Source: an uncultured bacterium (GTDB lineage Bacteria > Chloroflexota > UBA5177 > JANWHV01). Taken from it: a stretch of DNA of 64,000 nt. The stretch lies in assembly GCA_963827235.1 (NCBI GenBank), contig CAWHAE010000012.1, positions 1 through 64,000 of the forward strand, written 5' to 3'. The notes under the pieces are model-generated. The model had not been told where the DNA came from and searched no databases. It saw nothing but the letters and a program-made list of their open reading frames with translations. The translations under genes were made by a program, and so were the position numbers. Every line of letters begins with the position of its first letter. Position 1 is the stretch's first letter. Positions 29,536 through 39,469 of this stretch are shown here, in pieces.

Positions 29536-31761
29536 TCATGCGCCGGCGCAGTCGTAGAGGCCACTCTGCGTGCCGCCCAGGGACACGGCCTTACAGCTGG
29601 CCTGCACCCACTGCGTGATGCTCGAGCCGCCGCCCATGCCGCCACCGCCACCGCCGGCGAGCACGTAGCGGACCGTGTTGCTCTTCACCAGCGACTCGAA
29701 CTGAGCCAGGGTGAGGATGGGGTCGTTGCCGCCGAAGCCGCCGAGCGACATCACGGGCTTGCCCGTGGCGATGATGTAGGGCGCGGCGCTTTGCGAGTTC
29801 GAGGTCACGAGCAGGTAGTAGGTCGAGCCCTGATGCTGGAGCAGGTAGCTGATGATCTGGCTGTTCGTGCCCGAACGCCCGCTCATGCCACCCGAGGGCA
29901 TCTGACCAGCGGTGCCGCCAGCGGGAGCTTGACCGGAAGTACCGCCAGCGGGAGCTTGACCTGGGGTGCCGCCCGTGCCGAAAGCAGGTCGTTCACTGGA
30001 CCATTCTCCGCGCTGGGGCATGCCGGCGAAGCCACCCGAACCGCCGCCGAAGCTGCTCTGCACGCTTGGCCCGGCGGAGGGGATGCTGCTGCCTGTCGCG
30101 CTGACGGTGTTCGCCGCCCAGACGGTGGGCGCGAAGAGCAGGGCCAGCGAGCCGACGCCCACCGCGATCGGCGTCCAGATAGGCAGCCGGCGGCGCGGCC
30201 GCAGCCGAGCGGCCGCCAGCGCCACGGCCGGGACCACCGTGGTGGCCAGGATAATCGGCGTCATCCAGGTGCTCCAGGTCGAGAAGCCGCTCAGGATGTG
30301 CACCTGGGCAGCGGCTGTCACGAGCAGGGCGACCGGCAGCATCCAGCCGCGCACGCTGCGCAGTGACCGGTACTGGCGATAGTCCTGCCAGAGGGTCACC
30401 AGTCCGATAGCCGCCAGAGCGGCGATGGCAGGTGCGATGGTTACCAGGTAGTAGCTGTGGAAGAAGCCGGCCACGCTGTAGAAGGCGGCCATGGTGAGCA
30501 GCCAGCCACCCCAGATGACCAGGCCCTTCTGCTTGCGGTCGAGCGGGAGGCGGATGCGACGGCAAGCGGCCACGACGAGCCCGATCACGGCCAGCGGGAA
30601 GAGCCAGCCGGCCTGACCGCCCAGCTCGGAGTCGATGAGGCGCAGCGGCCCGGCGGCGCCGTTATTGAATAGCCCGCCACCGCTGCCCCCGCCGTTGCCG
30701 GATCCCTGCGGGCCTTGCGATGTACCTGTTGTACCCTGCGTCGTGCTTGCGCTGCTCCCACTCCCGGCAGCTAGGCTCGCGGTGCCGGTGAGCGGCGCGG
30801 TGATGGCCGCACCTGTCGAGGTGGCGCTGCTGGTCCGTGTCGTGCTCGTCGTGGTCGACGCGTGGGCGGACGATGTGCCAACCTGGCCGAGCAGGCGCTG
30901 CAGACCGTTGTAGCCGATGGCCAGATCGATCTCAGAGTTGGTCGACGTCGAGTCGACATAGGGGCGTTGGCTGGCCGGTGTCAGGTCCACTGCGACGGCC
31001 CAGGAGAGCGAGATGGTCAGCATGACGATGGTCGCCAGAAAGAGATGCAGCAGGCGCGTGCGCAGGCGAGGCTGCGCGCCGAGCAGGTACACCAGACCAA
31101 AGGCCGGCACCACCAGGTACGCCTCGAGCATCTTGATGTTGAAGCCCAGGCCCACGAACACCGCGCACAGGAGCAGCCAGCGAAAGCCTGCCCATCGCGA
31201 GGCACCCGCCGGGCGCGACTCCACGGCCCGTGAGATTGCCCACGCGCCCAGCAGCATGAAGAGGACCAGGATGCTGTCGATAGTGTTGTTCCGGTTGTCT
31301 GCTACCGCTACCGGGGTAAGTGCGAGGAACAGGGCTGCGAGCAGGCCCGCTGCCTGTCCGAAGACCCGCGTGACCAGATGATAGAGCAGCAGGACCGAGA
31401 GCACGCCGGCCAATGCCTCGGGTGCCAGCAGGCTCACGCCGCTGAAGCCGAAGAGCTTGACGCTGGCAACCTGGAACCAGAAGCCCAGTGGCGGCTTGTC
31501 GATGGTGACGAAGGCGCTGGGATCCAGCGCCGCGAAGAAGAAGTTGTGCCAGCTCATGGACATGCTCTTGACCGCTGCCGCGTAGAAGGTGTTGGCGTAA
31601 CCTTCGCGGCTGAGCTGGAAGAAGTTGAGGAAGGCGGCCAGGGCCGCGATCAGGCCCAAAGCGAGCCGCGGCCAGGGCATCGTGATCCGTCTCGCATGGC
31701 TGACGGCACGCTCGCCTGACGCGGGCGCCACGCCAAATCCCGGGATATTGATTGCGCTCAT
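29536..31761 (-). CDS. Glycosyltransferase family 39 (ArnT/PMT-like, YkcB-like)
   Basis: YAAAVKSM..SWHNFFF, TIDKPP, GFNIKML, RPYVD, GYNGLQR, GGF.G.DP, LYD. Confidence 0.92.
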   Translation of the reverse strand: MSAINIPGFGVAPASGERAVSHARRITMPWPRLALGLIAALAAFLNFFQLSREGYANTFYAAAVKSMSMSWHNFFFAALDPSAFVTIDKPPLGFWFQVASVKLFGFSGVSLLAPEALAGVLSVLLLYHLVTRVFGQAAGLLAALFLALTPVAVADNRNNTIDSILVLFMLLGAWAISRAVESRPAGASRWAGFRWLLLCAVFVGLGFNIKMLEAYLVVPAFGLVYLLGAQPRLRTRLLHLFLATIVMLTISLSWAVAVDLTPASQRPYVDSTSTNSEIDLAIGYNGLQRLLGQVGTSSAHASTTTSTTRTSSATSTGAAITAPLTGTASLAAGSGSSASTTQGTTGTSQGPQGSGNGGGSGGGLFNNGAAGPLRLIDSELGGQAGWLFPLAVIGLVVAACRRIRLPLDRKQKGLVIWGGWLLTMAAFYSVAGFFHSYYLVTIAPAIAALAAIGLVTLWQDYRQYRSLRSVRGWMLPVALLVTAAAQVHILSGFSTWSTWMTPIILATTVVPAVALAAARLRPRRRLPIWTPIAVGVGSLALLFAPTVWAANTVSATGSSIPSAGPSVQSSFGGGSGGFAGMPQRGEWSSERPAFGTGGTPGQAPAGGTSGQAPAGGTAGQMPSGGMSGRSGTNSQIISYLLQHQGSTYYLLVTSNSQSAAPYIIATGKPVMSLGGFGGNDPILTLAQFESLVKSNTVRYVLAGGGGGGMGGGSSITQWVQASCKAVSLGGTQSGLYDCAGA

Positions 31762-31932
31762 TGCTGTTCCTTCTCGGCGGTAGTGCCGAAACTTGCTGTC
31801 TGCTTGAATAGAGCCCTGATGGGCGTCACGCGCCATCGCGTCAAGAACGCCGCGTGACCTCGCCGGTCACCGCGAATGCCGTGGGGCAGACGCCCTTGTC
31901 CGCCTCCAACAACTACAGCGTAGGTCCCGCGC

Positions 31933-31992
31933 CTAAGCCCGCGGTGAGAGCGAGCTAAGCGAGGAGCAAGCCGACGCTGAGAGTTCGCTAAG
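31933..31992. promoter_or_regulatory. Six direct pentamer repeats phased at exactly 11 bp (OmpR/MprA-type binding array)
   Basis: CTAAG 31933, GTGAG 31944, CTAAG 31955, GCAAG 31966, CTGAG 31977, CTAAG 31988. Confidence 0.7.
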
Positions 31993-32194
31993 TGAGGAAT
32001 TCTCGCGCGGAGCCCGTCATGGGCAGGCATGGGAACAGGTTGCACGCCCTAGGGTTCCACGCCGATCGTGCCGCGGACCGACTGGAACGTGTGTGGCCGC
32101 GCCGCTCCGAAGCCGTGTGATACAGTGCACTCGGCAGCGCTTCTGCCGGAGATTCGCTCATCGCCATTCACCGATGCGCCAGGAGGAAGCAGGC

Positions 32195-33925
32195 ATGTCG
32201 ACACCGATAAGCTCCGACTCGACCGCGGCGCTCATTGGATTCCCGGACTTCATGCTGTCAACCATGGCAACCTGGAAGGTGCCCGGAGCGGCCATGGCCA
32301 TTGTGAGAAACGGCACCGTGGTCTTCGCCCAGGGTTTTGGGCTGCGCGACCGCGAGCGTGCACTCGCGGTCACGCCGAATACCGTCTTCCCTATCGCCTC
32401 CTGCACCAAGGCCTTCACGACCATGGGCCTGGCTATCCTGGTTGACGAGGGCAAGCTGGAGTGGGATGCGCCCGTGCGCGAGTATCTGCCCACGTTCAAG
32501 CTGCACGACCCGGTGGCGAGCGAACTCATGACGCCGCGGGACCTCGTGACCCACCGCTCCGGACTGCCGCGCCACGACTTGATGTGGTACAAGTCGTCCC
32601 GCACGCGTCAGGAGCTCTTCGACCGCCTGCGCTACCTCGAGCCGTCCAAAGGATTTCGTGCCGCGTTCCAGTACAACAACCTGATGTTCATGGTAGCCGG
32701 CCATCTGATCGACAGGCTGAGCGGCGAGAGCTGGGAGGACTTTACCCGCGGCCGGATCCTCGAGCCACTGGGTATGGGGCACACCCTCTTCTCGGTGGTG
32801 GAAGCCCAGCAGACCGAAGACTTTGCCCGACCTCATGATGAAGTGAAGGAAGAAGTCAAGGAGATTGGCTTTTACGAGGAGCAGCAAGCCATCGGACCGG
32901 CCGGTGCCATTGTCTCCAGCATTGAGGACATGAGCCACTGGCTGCTCCTGCACCTGAACAAGGGCATGTGTGGTGATAGGCGGATCGTGTCGGCGAGCCA
33001 GATCGAACAGCTTCACGCCCCTCAGATCGCACTGTCGGACGCCGGAAGATACGCGGAGTTGCCGGCTCCGGTGACCTACGGGCTGGGGTGGAGCATCCAA
33101 TCGTACCGCGGCCACACAATTGTCCAACACTCCGGCGGCATCGACGGCTTCACGTCACTCGTGACTTTGCTGCCGCGTGAGAACATTGGCGTGGTGGTTC
33201 TGAACAATCTGATGGGCCCTTTCCCGACCATCGCGACATTCAACGCGATCGATCGACTGCTCAACCTGGATCAGGTGCCGTGGAGCGAGCGCTTCATGAA
33301 GGACCATCTGACGATCAGGGAGGGCGAGGAGCGCGGCGAGGAGAAGAGCGCGGCCGAAGCCGTGCCCGGCACAAGCCCTTCGCACCCACTGGCGGGCTAT
33401 ACCGGCGAGTTCGCGCACCCGGCCTATGGCAGCATCGAGGTAGCCACGAAGGATCAGGGACTGATCGCCACGTTTCACGGGGTGACGCGTCCGCTGTGCC
33501 ACTACCACTACGACATCTTCGAGATGAAGCTCGAGGAGTGGCACCGCCCGATCAAGCTCTCCTTCGCCACCGGCGTGCAAGGCGACGTCGGAAGCCTGGC
33601 GGGAGCCTTCGAGCCGGCCGTGCCCGATATCGTGTTCAGGCGCCTGCCGAGCAGCCACATGCTGGAGAAGAGCTTCCTCGAGCGATTCGTGGGTGAGTAT
33701 TCGCTGATGGACCTCCCGATGTGGGTGACATTGAAGAGCGACCACGTGCTCAAGGTTTCCTTGGCGGATGGCCAGGAGTACGAGCTGGCACCCACAAAAG
33801 CCACGGAATTTCAGCTCGCGGGACTCAACGGATTTCGCATCGAGTTCACAACTGATGCGGCAGGCATGGTCACTGCCGCTATCCTGACCCAGCCGTGGGG
33901 CGTGCTCACGGCGACACGGAAGTAG
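32195..33925 (+). CDS. Serine hydrolase (beta-lactamase class C-like) with DUF3471
   Basis: SxxK (IASCTKAF), YxN (FQYNN), HSGGIDGF, YTGEFAHPAYG. Confidence 0.92.
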   Translation: MSTPISSDSTAALIGFPDFMLSTMATWKVPGAAMAIVRNGTVVFAQGFGLRDRERALAVTPNTVFPIASCTKAFTTMGLAILVDEGKLEWDAPVREYLPTFKLHDPVASELMTPRDLVTHRSGLPRHDLMWYKSSRTRQELFDRLRYLEPSKGFRAAFQYNNLMFMVAGHLIDRLSGESWEDFTRGRILEPLGMGHTLFSVVEAQQTEDFARPHDEVKEEVKEIGFYEEQQAIGPAGAIVSSIEDMSHWLLLHLNKGMCGDRRIVSASQIEQLHAPQIALSDAGRYAELPAPVTYGLGWSIQSYRGHTIVQHSGGIDGFTSLVTLLPRENIGVVVLNNLMGPFPTIATFNAIDRLLNLDQVPWSERFMKDHLTIREGEERGEEKSAAEAVPGTSPSHPLAGYTGEFAHPAYGSIEVATKDQGLIATFHGVTRPLCHYHYDIFEMKLEEWHRPIKLSFATGVQGDVGSLAGAFEPAVPDIVFRRLPSSHMLEKSFLERFVGEYSLMDLPMWVTLKSDHVLKVSLADGQEYELAPTKATEFQLAGLNGFRIEFTTDAAGMVTAAILTQPWGVLTATRK

Positions 33926-33964
33926 GATCACGAGCGGCGCCGTCCGGCTCCTTAGCCGTCCACG

Positions 33965-33973
33965 TGGTATAAC
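33965..33973 (+). promoter_or_regulatory. Extended -10 promoter of the methyltransferase-KS operon
   Basis: TGGTATAAC about 35 nt upstream of ATG 34008. Confidence 0.45.
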
Positions 33974-34007
33974 GAGCTTCTAGTCCCGCTCGCATCCTCA
34001 AACGGCT

Positions 34008-34772
34008 ATGAACGCACTCCGGCTGGCCAGGTCGCCGCTTCCATCGTCCGTCGCGCGCCGCAGTCCGACCGCGCGCCGTAACGGCATGCTTGAGCTGCTG
34101 GACGGCACGCCGCTGCCCGGCGACCTGTCCGGCAACCTGCGCGAGATTCGCGGCATCAACCGCGGCCTGGGCTGGACGGCGGTCACGCTTCGCCTGGTCG
34201 AGCAGGCCCGGCGCGAGGCCGGACTGGCGAGCTGGAGCTACCTCGACGTGGCAACCGGATCGGCGGACCTGCCGCTGGCCCTCGTGCGCGGCGCCCGCCG
34301 GCGCCGGCAGACGGTCGACGCCCACGCCCTGGATGCCAGCCCGGCGGTGCTCGAGGAGGCGAGGCGCTTCCTGCGTGGCGCGCCGGTCACCCTCCATCTA
34401 GGCGACGCTCGCGCCCTGCCGTTCGAGGATCGCGCCTTCGACGTCGTTACCTGCGTGCTGGCGCTGCACCATTTCCCGCCCGACGAGGCCGCTGCCGTGC
34501 TCGGTGAGATCGCCCGCGTGGCCCGGCATGCCTGGGTCGTCGTGGATCTGAGGCGCGGCCTGATGGCCTATCTTGGCGCCCTGGCGCTCCGGCTGGTGCT
34601 GCGCAATCCGATGACCAGGCACGACGCGCCCGCTTCGGTCCTGCGCGCCTACTCCATGGCCGAGATGGATAGCATGCTAGGCCGTGCCGGGCTGAGCGGC
34701 GCCTCGCTCAGGGCCTGCTTTCCTTTCCGTGTCGCTGTGCTCGGCCGCGTGACTCCCGTGGCGGCGGGCTGA
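34008..34772 (+). CDS. SAM-dependent methyltransferase
   Basis: ELLD, LDVATGSAD, GDARALPFED..FDVV, LHHF, RHDAPASV.RAY. Confidence 0.9.
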   Translation: MNALRLARSPLPSSVARRSPTARRNGMLELLDGTPLPGDLSGNLREIRGINRGLGWTAVTLRLVEQARREAGLASWSYLDVATGSADLPLALVRGARRRRQTVDAHALDASPAVLEEARRFLRGAPVTLHLGDARALPFEDRAFDVVTCVLALHHFPPDEAAAVLGEIARVARHAWVVVDLRRGLMAYLGALALRLVLRNPMTRHDAPASVLRAYSMAEMDSMLGRAGLSGASLRACFPFRVAVLGRVTPVAAG

Positions 34773-34777
34773 CAGCC

Positions 34778-36001
34778 GTGCAGCACGTCCACGCGGCGAT
34801 CGTGGGAGGGGGCCCTGCCGGTGCCGCGGCGGCTATCTATCTGCGGCGCCGGGGTGTCGAGGTCACGCTGCTGGAGAGGGCGCGCATGCCCCGGGCCAAG
34901 CCCTGCGGCGAGTCGCTCAGCCCGGAGGTGACGCCGATCCTGCGCGATCTCGGAGTCATGGAGCAGGTCGACTCGACGGCTCACGGACGTCTGCGGGGAT
35001 TTGCCCTCTACCCGTACGGCGCGGCGCCGTTTCGCGGTACCTACGCCGCGCGCAGCGCCGGCAACGCCGATCGTGCCCGCGGCCTCGCGGTGCCGCGCAT
35101 GTCGCTGGATACGGTCCTCTTGCGCGCCGCGAGCGCGGCAGGCGCGGATGTCCGCGAAGGCTGGGCCGTGCAGGGAATTGGCGACTGGGACGGCAGCGGG
35201 CGCGTGCTAGACGGACGGGACGCGCGTGGCGAGCACTTCACGCTGCGCGCGACACTGGTCATCGCCGCCGACGGCGTGCACTCCACGGTAGCGCGACGGC
35301 TGGATCTGGCGCGGCCCTCCGCGCGTCTGCGCCAGGTGGCGATCGTCACCCATATGCGCGGCGTTCGCGGTCTGGGCGAGTACGGGGAGATGCACGCCGC
35401 CGCCGGCGGCTATTGCGGTATCGCCCCCCTGGGAGGAGACCTGGCGAACGTGGCGATCGTGCTGCCCGCCACGGCGGCGGCCGGCCGGATCCGCCGCGCC
35501 GGCGGCATCGAGAGCTGCTTTCGCGCCTTCCTGTCCACGTGCCCGCACCTGGCCCCACGCGTCCTCGAAGCGGAGATTGCCGGCGGTCCATGGACCACGA
35601 GCGGCCTGGCCTGCAGAGTGCGGAGGCGGGTCGACGACGGGCTGCTGCTGGTCGGGGATGCCGGCGGCTACTTCGACCCTTTTACCGGGGAAGGCATCTA
35701 TCGTGCCCTGCGTGGCGCCGCGCTCGCCGCGCGCGTGGCGAGCCGGGCATTGCGGCGCGGCAACGCGGACCGGGCCGCGCTGGCACCATATGCCGGCCTG
35801 TACGGACGGCAGTTCGCGCCCAAACGACTGGTCGAGATCATCGTGCACGAGGTAGTCGCGCGGCGGCGCGTATTCGAGCACGTGGCGGCCCGCCTGCGCG
35901 GCACGCCTGCCCTGGCCGACGCTATGATCGGCGTCACCGGTGACTTTCTCTCCCCGTATGAAGTGCTGAGCCCGTGGTACCTGGCCAGGCTGTTTCTGTG
36001 A
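34778..36001 (+). CDS. NAD(P)/FAD-dependent oxidoreductase (geranylgeranyl reductase / flavin monooxygenase-like)
   Basis: IVGGGPAG, KPCGE, AADG..S, LVGDAGGYFDPFTGEGI. Confidence 0.9.
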   Translation: MQHVHAAIVGGGPAGAAAAIYLRRRGVEVTLLERARMPRAKPCGESLSPEVTPILRDLGVMEQVDSTAHGRLRGFALYPYGAAPFRGTYAARSAGNADRARGLAVPRMSLDTVLLRAASAAGADVREGWAVQGIGDWDGSGRVLDGRDARGEHFTLRATLVIAADGVHSTVARRLDLARPSARLRQVAIVTHMRGVRGLGEYGEMHAAAGGYCGIAPLGGDLANVAIVLPATAAAGRIRRAGGIESCFRAFLSTCPHLAPRVLEAEIAGGPWTTSGLACRVRRRVDDGLLLVGDAGGYFDPFTGEGIYRALRGAALAARVASRALRRGNADRAALAPYAGLYGRQFAPKRLVEIIVHEVVARRRVFEHVAARLRGTPALADAMIGVTGDFLSPYEVLSPWYLARLFL

Positions 36002-36087
36002 ACTCAGGGCATGCCATGCACAGGGCACCGGTTCAGCCGGTCCCCCAAATGCCGGCCGGCGGCCGGCCCACGCTCGAGGACGCGGAG

Positions 36088-36621
36088 ATGATCGAGATCG
36101 AGAACCACACGGCGATGCGCGCCCCGATCGAGCTGGTGTTCCGGCTCGCGGCCGAGGTCGAGCAATGGCCGCGCCTGCTCACGCACTATCGCCGGGTCGC
36201 GCAGCTGGCCACGCGACGCGAAGGCCGGATCGTGGAGATGTCCGCCGTGAGGCCGCCGCTGCCCCTTCCGGTGCGCTGGCGAGCGGTCCAGGCCGTGGAT
36301 GACGGCGGACACACGATTCGCTACCGGCACGTCGGCGGCGTCACGCGGGGCATGGAGGTGGAGTGGCGCCTGGTGCCGGCGGGAGAGATCGTCGACGTGA
36401 CCATCGTGCACCGCTTCGCGCCGCGCTGGCCCTGGCCCGGACCCTGGCTGGCGCGCCGGATCGTGTGCGGCTTCTTCGTGCACGGCATCGCCGAGCGCAC
36501 GCTCGCCGGTCTCAGGCGTGCCGCGGAACACGAGCATGCTAAAATGCGATCGGCGGCGGCACGGGACGGAGATCGCGCCGGTGACGCTGCCGCGGGAGCG
36601 CGATCGATGTTCGTGCCATGA
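36088..36621 (+). CDS. SRPBCC / polyketide cyclase-aromatase family protein
   Basis: APIELVFRLAAEVEQWP..L.HYR, YRHVGGVTRGMEVEW. Confidence 0.85.
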   Translation: MIEIENHTAMRAPIELVFRLAAEVEQWPRLLTHYRRVAQLATRREGRIVEMSAVRPPLPLPVRWRAVQAVDDGGHTIRYRHVGGVTRGMEVEWRLVPAGEIVDVTIVHRFAPRWPWPGPWLARRIVCGFFVHGIAERTLAGLRRAAEHEHAKMRSAAARDGDRAGDAAAGARSMFVP

Positions 36622-37889
36622 TTGCAGACGGCACCGGCGAGACGCGATTGCCCGCGCGCCGGGTGGCGGTGACCGGCATCGGAGCGGTGACGCCGATCGG
36701 CACCGGCCGTGAGGGGTTGTGGCGCGGGGTGCTGGCCGGCGTGTCCGCCGTCGACGGCATCACTCGATTCGATCCCTCGGCATTCCCGTCACGCATGGCC
36801 GCCGAGGTGCGCGATTTCGAGCCTCTCGACCACCTGCCGCGCAAGCTGGCGCATCGCCTGGACCGCTACGCCCAATTCGCCGTGGCCGCCGCCGCCATGG
36901 CGGTGGCGGATGCCGGCCTCGATCTCGATCTCGAAGATCGCGATCGGACCGGTGTGTTCCTGGGCAGCGCCCTCGGCGGGGCGCCGGGCTCGGAGGCCGA
37001 GCACGCCAAGTACATGGCTGGCGGCCTGCGGGCTACCAATCCGTTGCTCGCCCTCTCCGTATTTGGCGCCTCGGCCAGCACGAACGTGGCCATGCATCTC
37101 GGCCTCAACGGCCCCTGCTCCTGCAACGCCGACGGCTGCGCGGCCGGCGCGGTGGCCATCGGAGAGGCCTTTCGGGCCGTGCAGTCGGGCCTGGTGGACA
37201 TCGCCCTCACCGGCAGCGCGGAGGCGCCGCTGATGCCCCTGACCTTCGGCGCGTTCACCGCCATCCGCGCTATGTCCACCCGGAACGAGGATCCGGCTCA
37301 TGCCTCGCGCCCCTTCGACCGGGACCGCGACGGCTTCGTGATGGCGGAAGGGGCCGGCATCCTCGTCGTGGAAGAATGGGACCACGCGATGCGGCGCGGA
37401 GTCACGCCGCTGGCCGAAATCGCCGGCTTCAGCCGGACCTGCGACGCCTATCACATGACGGCGCCGCGCCCGGACGGCCGCCAGGCCACGCGCGCCATAC
37501 GCCAGGCGATCGCCGCGGCAGGCATGGTTGCCGAGGATATCGACTACGTCAAGGCCCACGCGAGTGCCACTCCCCTGAACGACGTCACGGAGGCCCTGGC
37601 CATTCGCCAGGCGCTGGGCAGCCATGCCGAGCGCGTGCCGGTCAGCGGCACGAAGGGCCTTCACGGCCACGCCTTGGGCGCCAGCGGCGCCATCGAGGCG
37701 GCTATTGCCGTGCTGGCCCTGCGGAACGGCTACCTCCCAGCCACCGCCAACTGCGAGTACCCGGATCCTGCCTGCGGCCTGGACGTCATCCGTGGCGAGG
37801 GGCGCCGGCTCAGGGCGCGCACCGCGCTCTGCAACTCCTTCGGATTCGGAGGCATCAACGCGTCCATCGTGCTGCGCGCCGTGACCTGA
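36618..37889 (+). CDS. Beta-ketoacyl synthase II (FabF / type II KS-like)
   Basis: RRVAVTGIG; catalytic Cys (DGCAAG), His (AHASAT), His (KGLHGHALGASG); SRPFDRDRDGFV; NSFGFGG. Confidence 0.93.
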   Translation: MIADGTGETRLPARRVAVTGIGAVTPIGTGREGLWRGVLAGVSAVDGITRFDPSAFPSRMAAEVRDFEPLDHLPRKLAHRLDRYAQFAVAAAAMAVADAGLDLDLEDRDRTGVFLGSALGGAPGSEAEHAKYMAGGLRATNPLLALSVFGASASTNVAMHLGLNGPCSCNADGCAAGAVAIGEAFRAVQSGLVDIALTGSAEAPLMPLTFGAFTAIRAMSTRNEDPAHASRPFDRDRDGFVMAEGAGILVVEEWDHAMRRGVTPLAEIAGFSRTCDAYHMTAPRPDGRQATRAIRQAIAAAGMVAEDIDYVKAHASATPLNDVTEALAIRQALGSHAERVPVSGTKGLHGHALGASGAIEAAIAVLALRNGYLPATANCEYPDPACGLDVIRGEGRRLRARTALCNSFGFGGINASIVLRAVT

Positions 37890-37985
37890 CAAGCGGACCT
37901 GCCTGCTCTTCTGTTTACGCGGTGGCGGAGTACGCTTGAAGCAGACCACCTGACTTTCGCATCGCGGATCTGGAGCCGCCCTGCC

Positions 37986-39431
37986 ATGCGCCTGAGACCG
38001 CGAGCCACGGAACGGCTGCCATCGCTCTCCGTCGAGCCGTCCCGGTGTGCCGGCGAGACGCGCGGCACGTGGCTTGCCGCCCGGCGGCGGACTGCGGCGA
38101 TCGCCTCCGCGCTGGTCCTGCTCTGTATCCTGAGCGCCGGCCTCGCCTACCACGTGCTGAGCTGGAATCCCATCGTGGCGGAGATCGCGCTCGGCCAGCC
38201 GGTAAGCGATAGTCCCATGATCGTGGACGCCCGCGACGGGCACCTCTTCGTGCTCTCCTCCGCCGCCCGCGGGCTTCCTGCCAGCTCGGTGACCATGATC
38301 GACCTGCGCAGCGGAGCGGTCATTCACCGCGTGCCGGTGGGTATCGGCCAGGCGCAGCTCAGTTTCGATTCCGTGCTGGACCGCGTCGTCGTGGCGGGCG
38401 CGTACTCCGCGCAGCAGTACCGGCAGTTCGGCCGCAAGCGCCCCGACGCCGCCAGTCCGGCCAGGCTGGTGGTAGAGCTCGACGGCCGAACAGGCACTGC
38501 CGTGCGCAGCACGCTGATCCCGGGATCGATTGCCGCGCTGGATGAGGACGTGCAGGTTGCCCATCTCTTCATCGCGGGCGGAGGCGGTGCCGGGGTGGAC
38601 TGCAACATCTGTCCCGGCGATCCCAGCGTGGTGACCATGCTGGATGCGCGCACGCTCAAGCAGCTCGCCGTGCTGCCCGTGGGGGATACGCCGCGCTCCG
38701 TGATGGTCGACCAGCGCAACGCTCGCGTCTACGTGACCACGAACGGCGGACTCTACGTCCTCGATGCGCGCACCGGAGCACAGATCTCGTGGCTGCCTCC
38801 CGGCGGCGGCGGCACCGTGCTGGCGATCGATCAGCCGATCAACCGCGTGCTCGTGGCGGCAGACGGAGCCACGCTCGCGCTCGACGGGCGCACCGGCAGG
38901 CAGATGTCGCGGATGCGCTCGGTCGAGCCTGCCGACCTCTCGTATTTTGGCGACACCGTGCTGCTGACCGGCCCGCGGACCGGGCATCTCTACTACGTGG
39001 ACCTCGCCGCCTCGGGCGGGAACGGAGCCGCCGGGAGCGCCGATCTGACCGAGGCCGATGGCACCAACGGCCGCATCATCAACCGCTGCGCCACCGCCGC
39101 CCGGTCACCCGCCTTTGCCCTGCTGCCGGCGCACGATCGCGTGGCCGTGACCGACATGCAAACCAACACCGTTCAGGTTGTCGACATGGCCACGTGCGCC
39201 GTGGTGCAGAGCGAGACGCTCGCGCACGCCCCGATCATGATTGCCTCGGACGAGGTATCCGGGCGCCTGGTCGTGGCAGCGGACGAGCAGGAGACGTCGC
39301 GAGACGGCTGGAGCTGGCTGCCCACGTGGCTGCGCAGCCGCGTCCCATTCGTGCCCCAGATACCGGTCGCACGGGCCGCGCCAGCCGCCGCCGCCAACGG
39401 CATCGTCGACCTGATCACACTGCAGCAGTAG
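37986..39431 (+). CDS. Membrane-anchored YncE-like beta-propeller protein
   Basis: N-terminal TM helix; repeats VTMIDL, VTMLDART, PVGDTP, VQVVD. Confidence 0.7.
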   Translation: MRLRPRATERLPSLSVEPSRCAGETRGTWLAARRRTAAIASALVLLCILSAGLAYHVLSWNPIVAEIALGQPVSDSPMIVDARDGHLFVLSSAARGLPASSVTMIDLRSGAVIHRVPVGIGQAQLSFDSVLDRVVVAGAYSAQQYRQFGRKRPDAASPARLVVELDGRTGTAVRSTLIPGSIAALDEDVQVAHLFIAGGGGAGVDCNICPGDPSVVTMLDARTLKQLAVLPVGDTPRSVMVDQRNARVYVTTNGGLYVLDARTGAQISWLPPGGGGTVLAIDQPINRVLVAADGATLALDGRTGRQMSRMRSVEPADLSYFGDTVLLTGPRTGHLYYVDLAASGGNGAAGSADLTEADGTNGRIINRCATAARSPAFALLPAHDRVAVTDMQTNTVQVVDMATCAVVQSETLAHAPIMIASDEVSGRLVVAADEQETSRDGWSWLPTWLRSRVPFVPQIPVARAAPAAAANGIVDLITLQQ

Positions 39432-39469
39432 CGCGGCGCCGGCGGGATCTCTGCCTGAGCTATTGCGCT

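Noticed and set aside
29890-29975. 27-bp tandem repeats
   Set aside because: They encode a Gly/Pro/Gln linker (GGTxGQAPA) inside GT39; not CRISPR or regulatory.
36789-38987. 732-aa minus-strand ORF and similar long antisense ORFs (9826-11349, 48950-50545, 53452-55170)
   Set aside because: Shadow ORFs of high-GC genes on the opposite strand, with no motifs.
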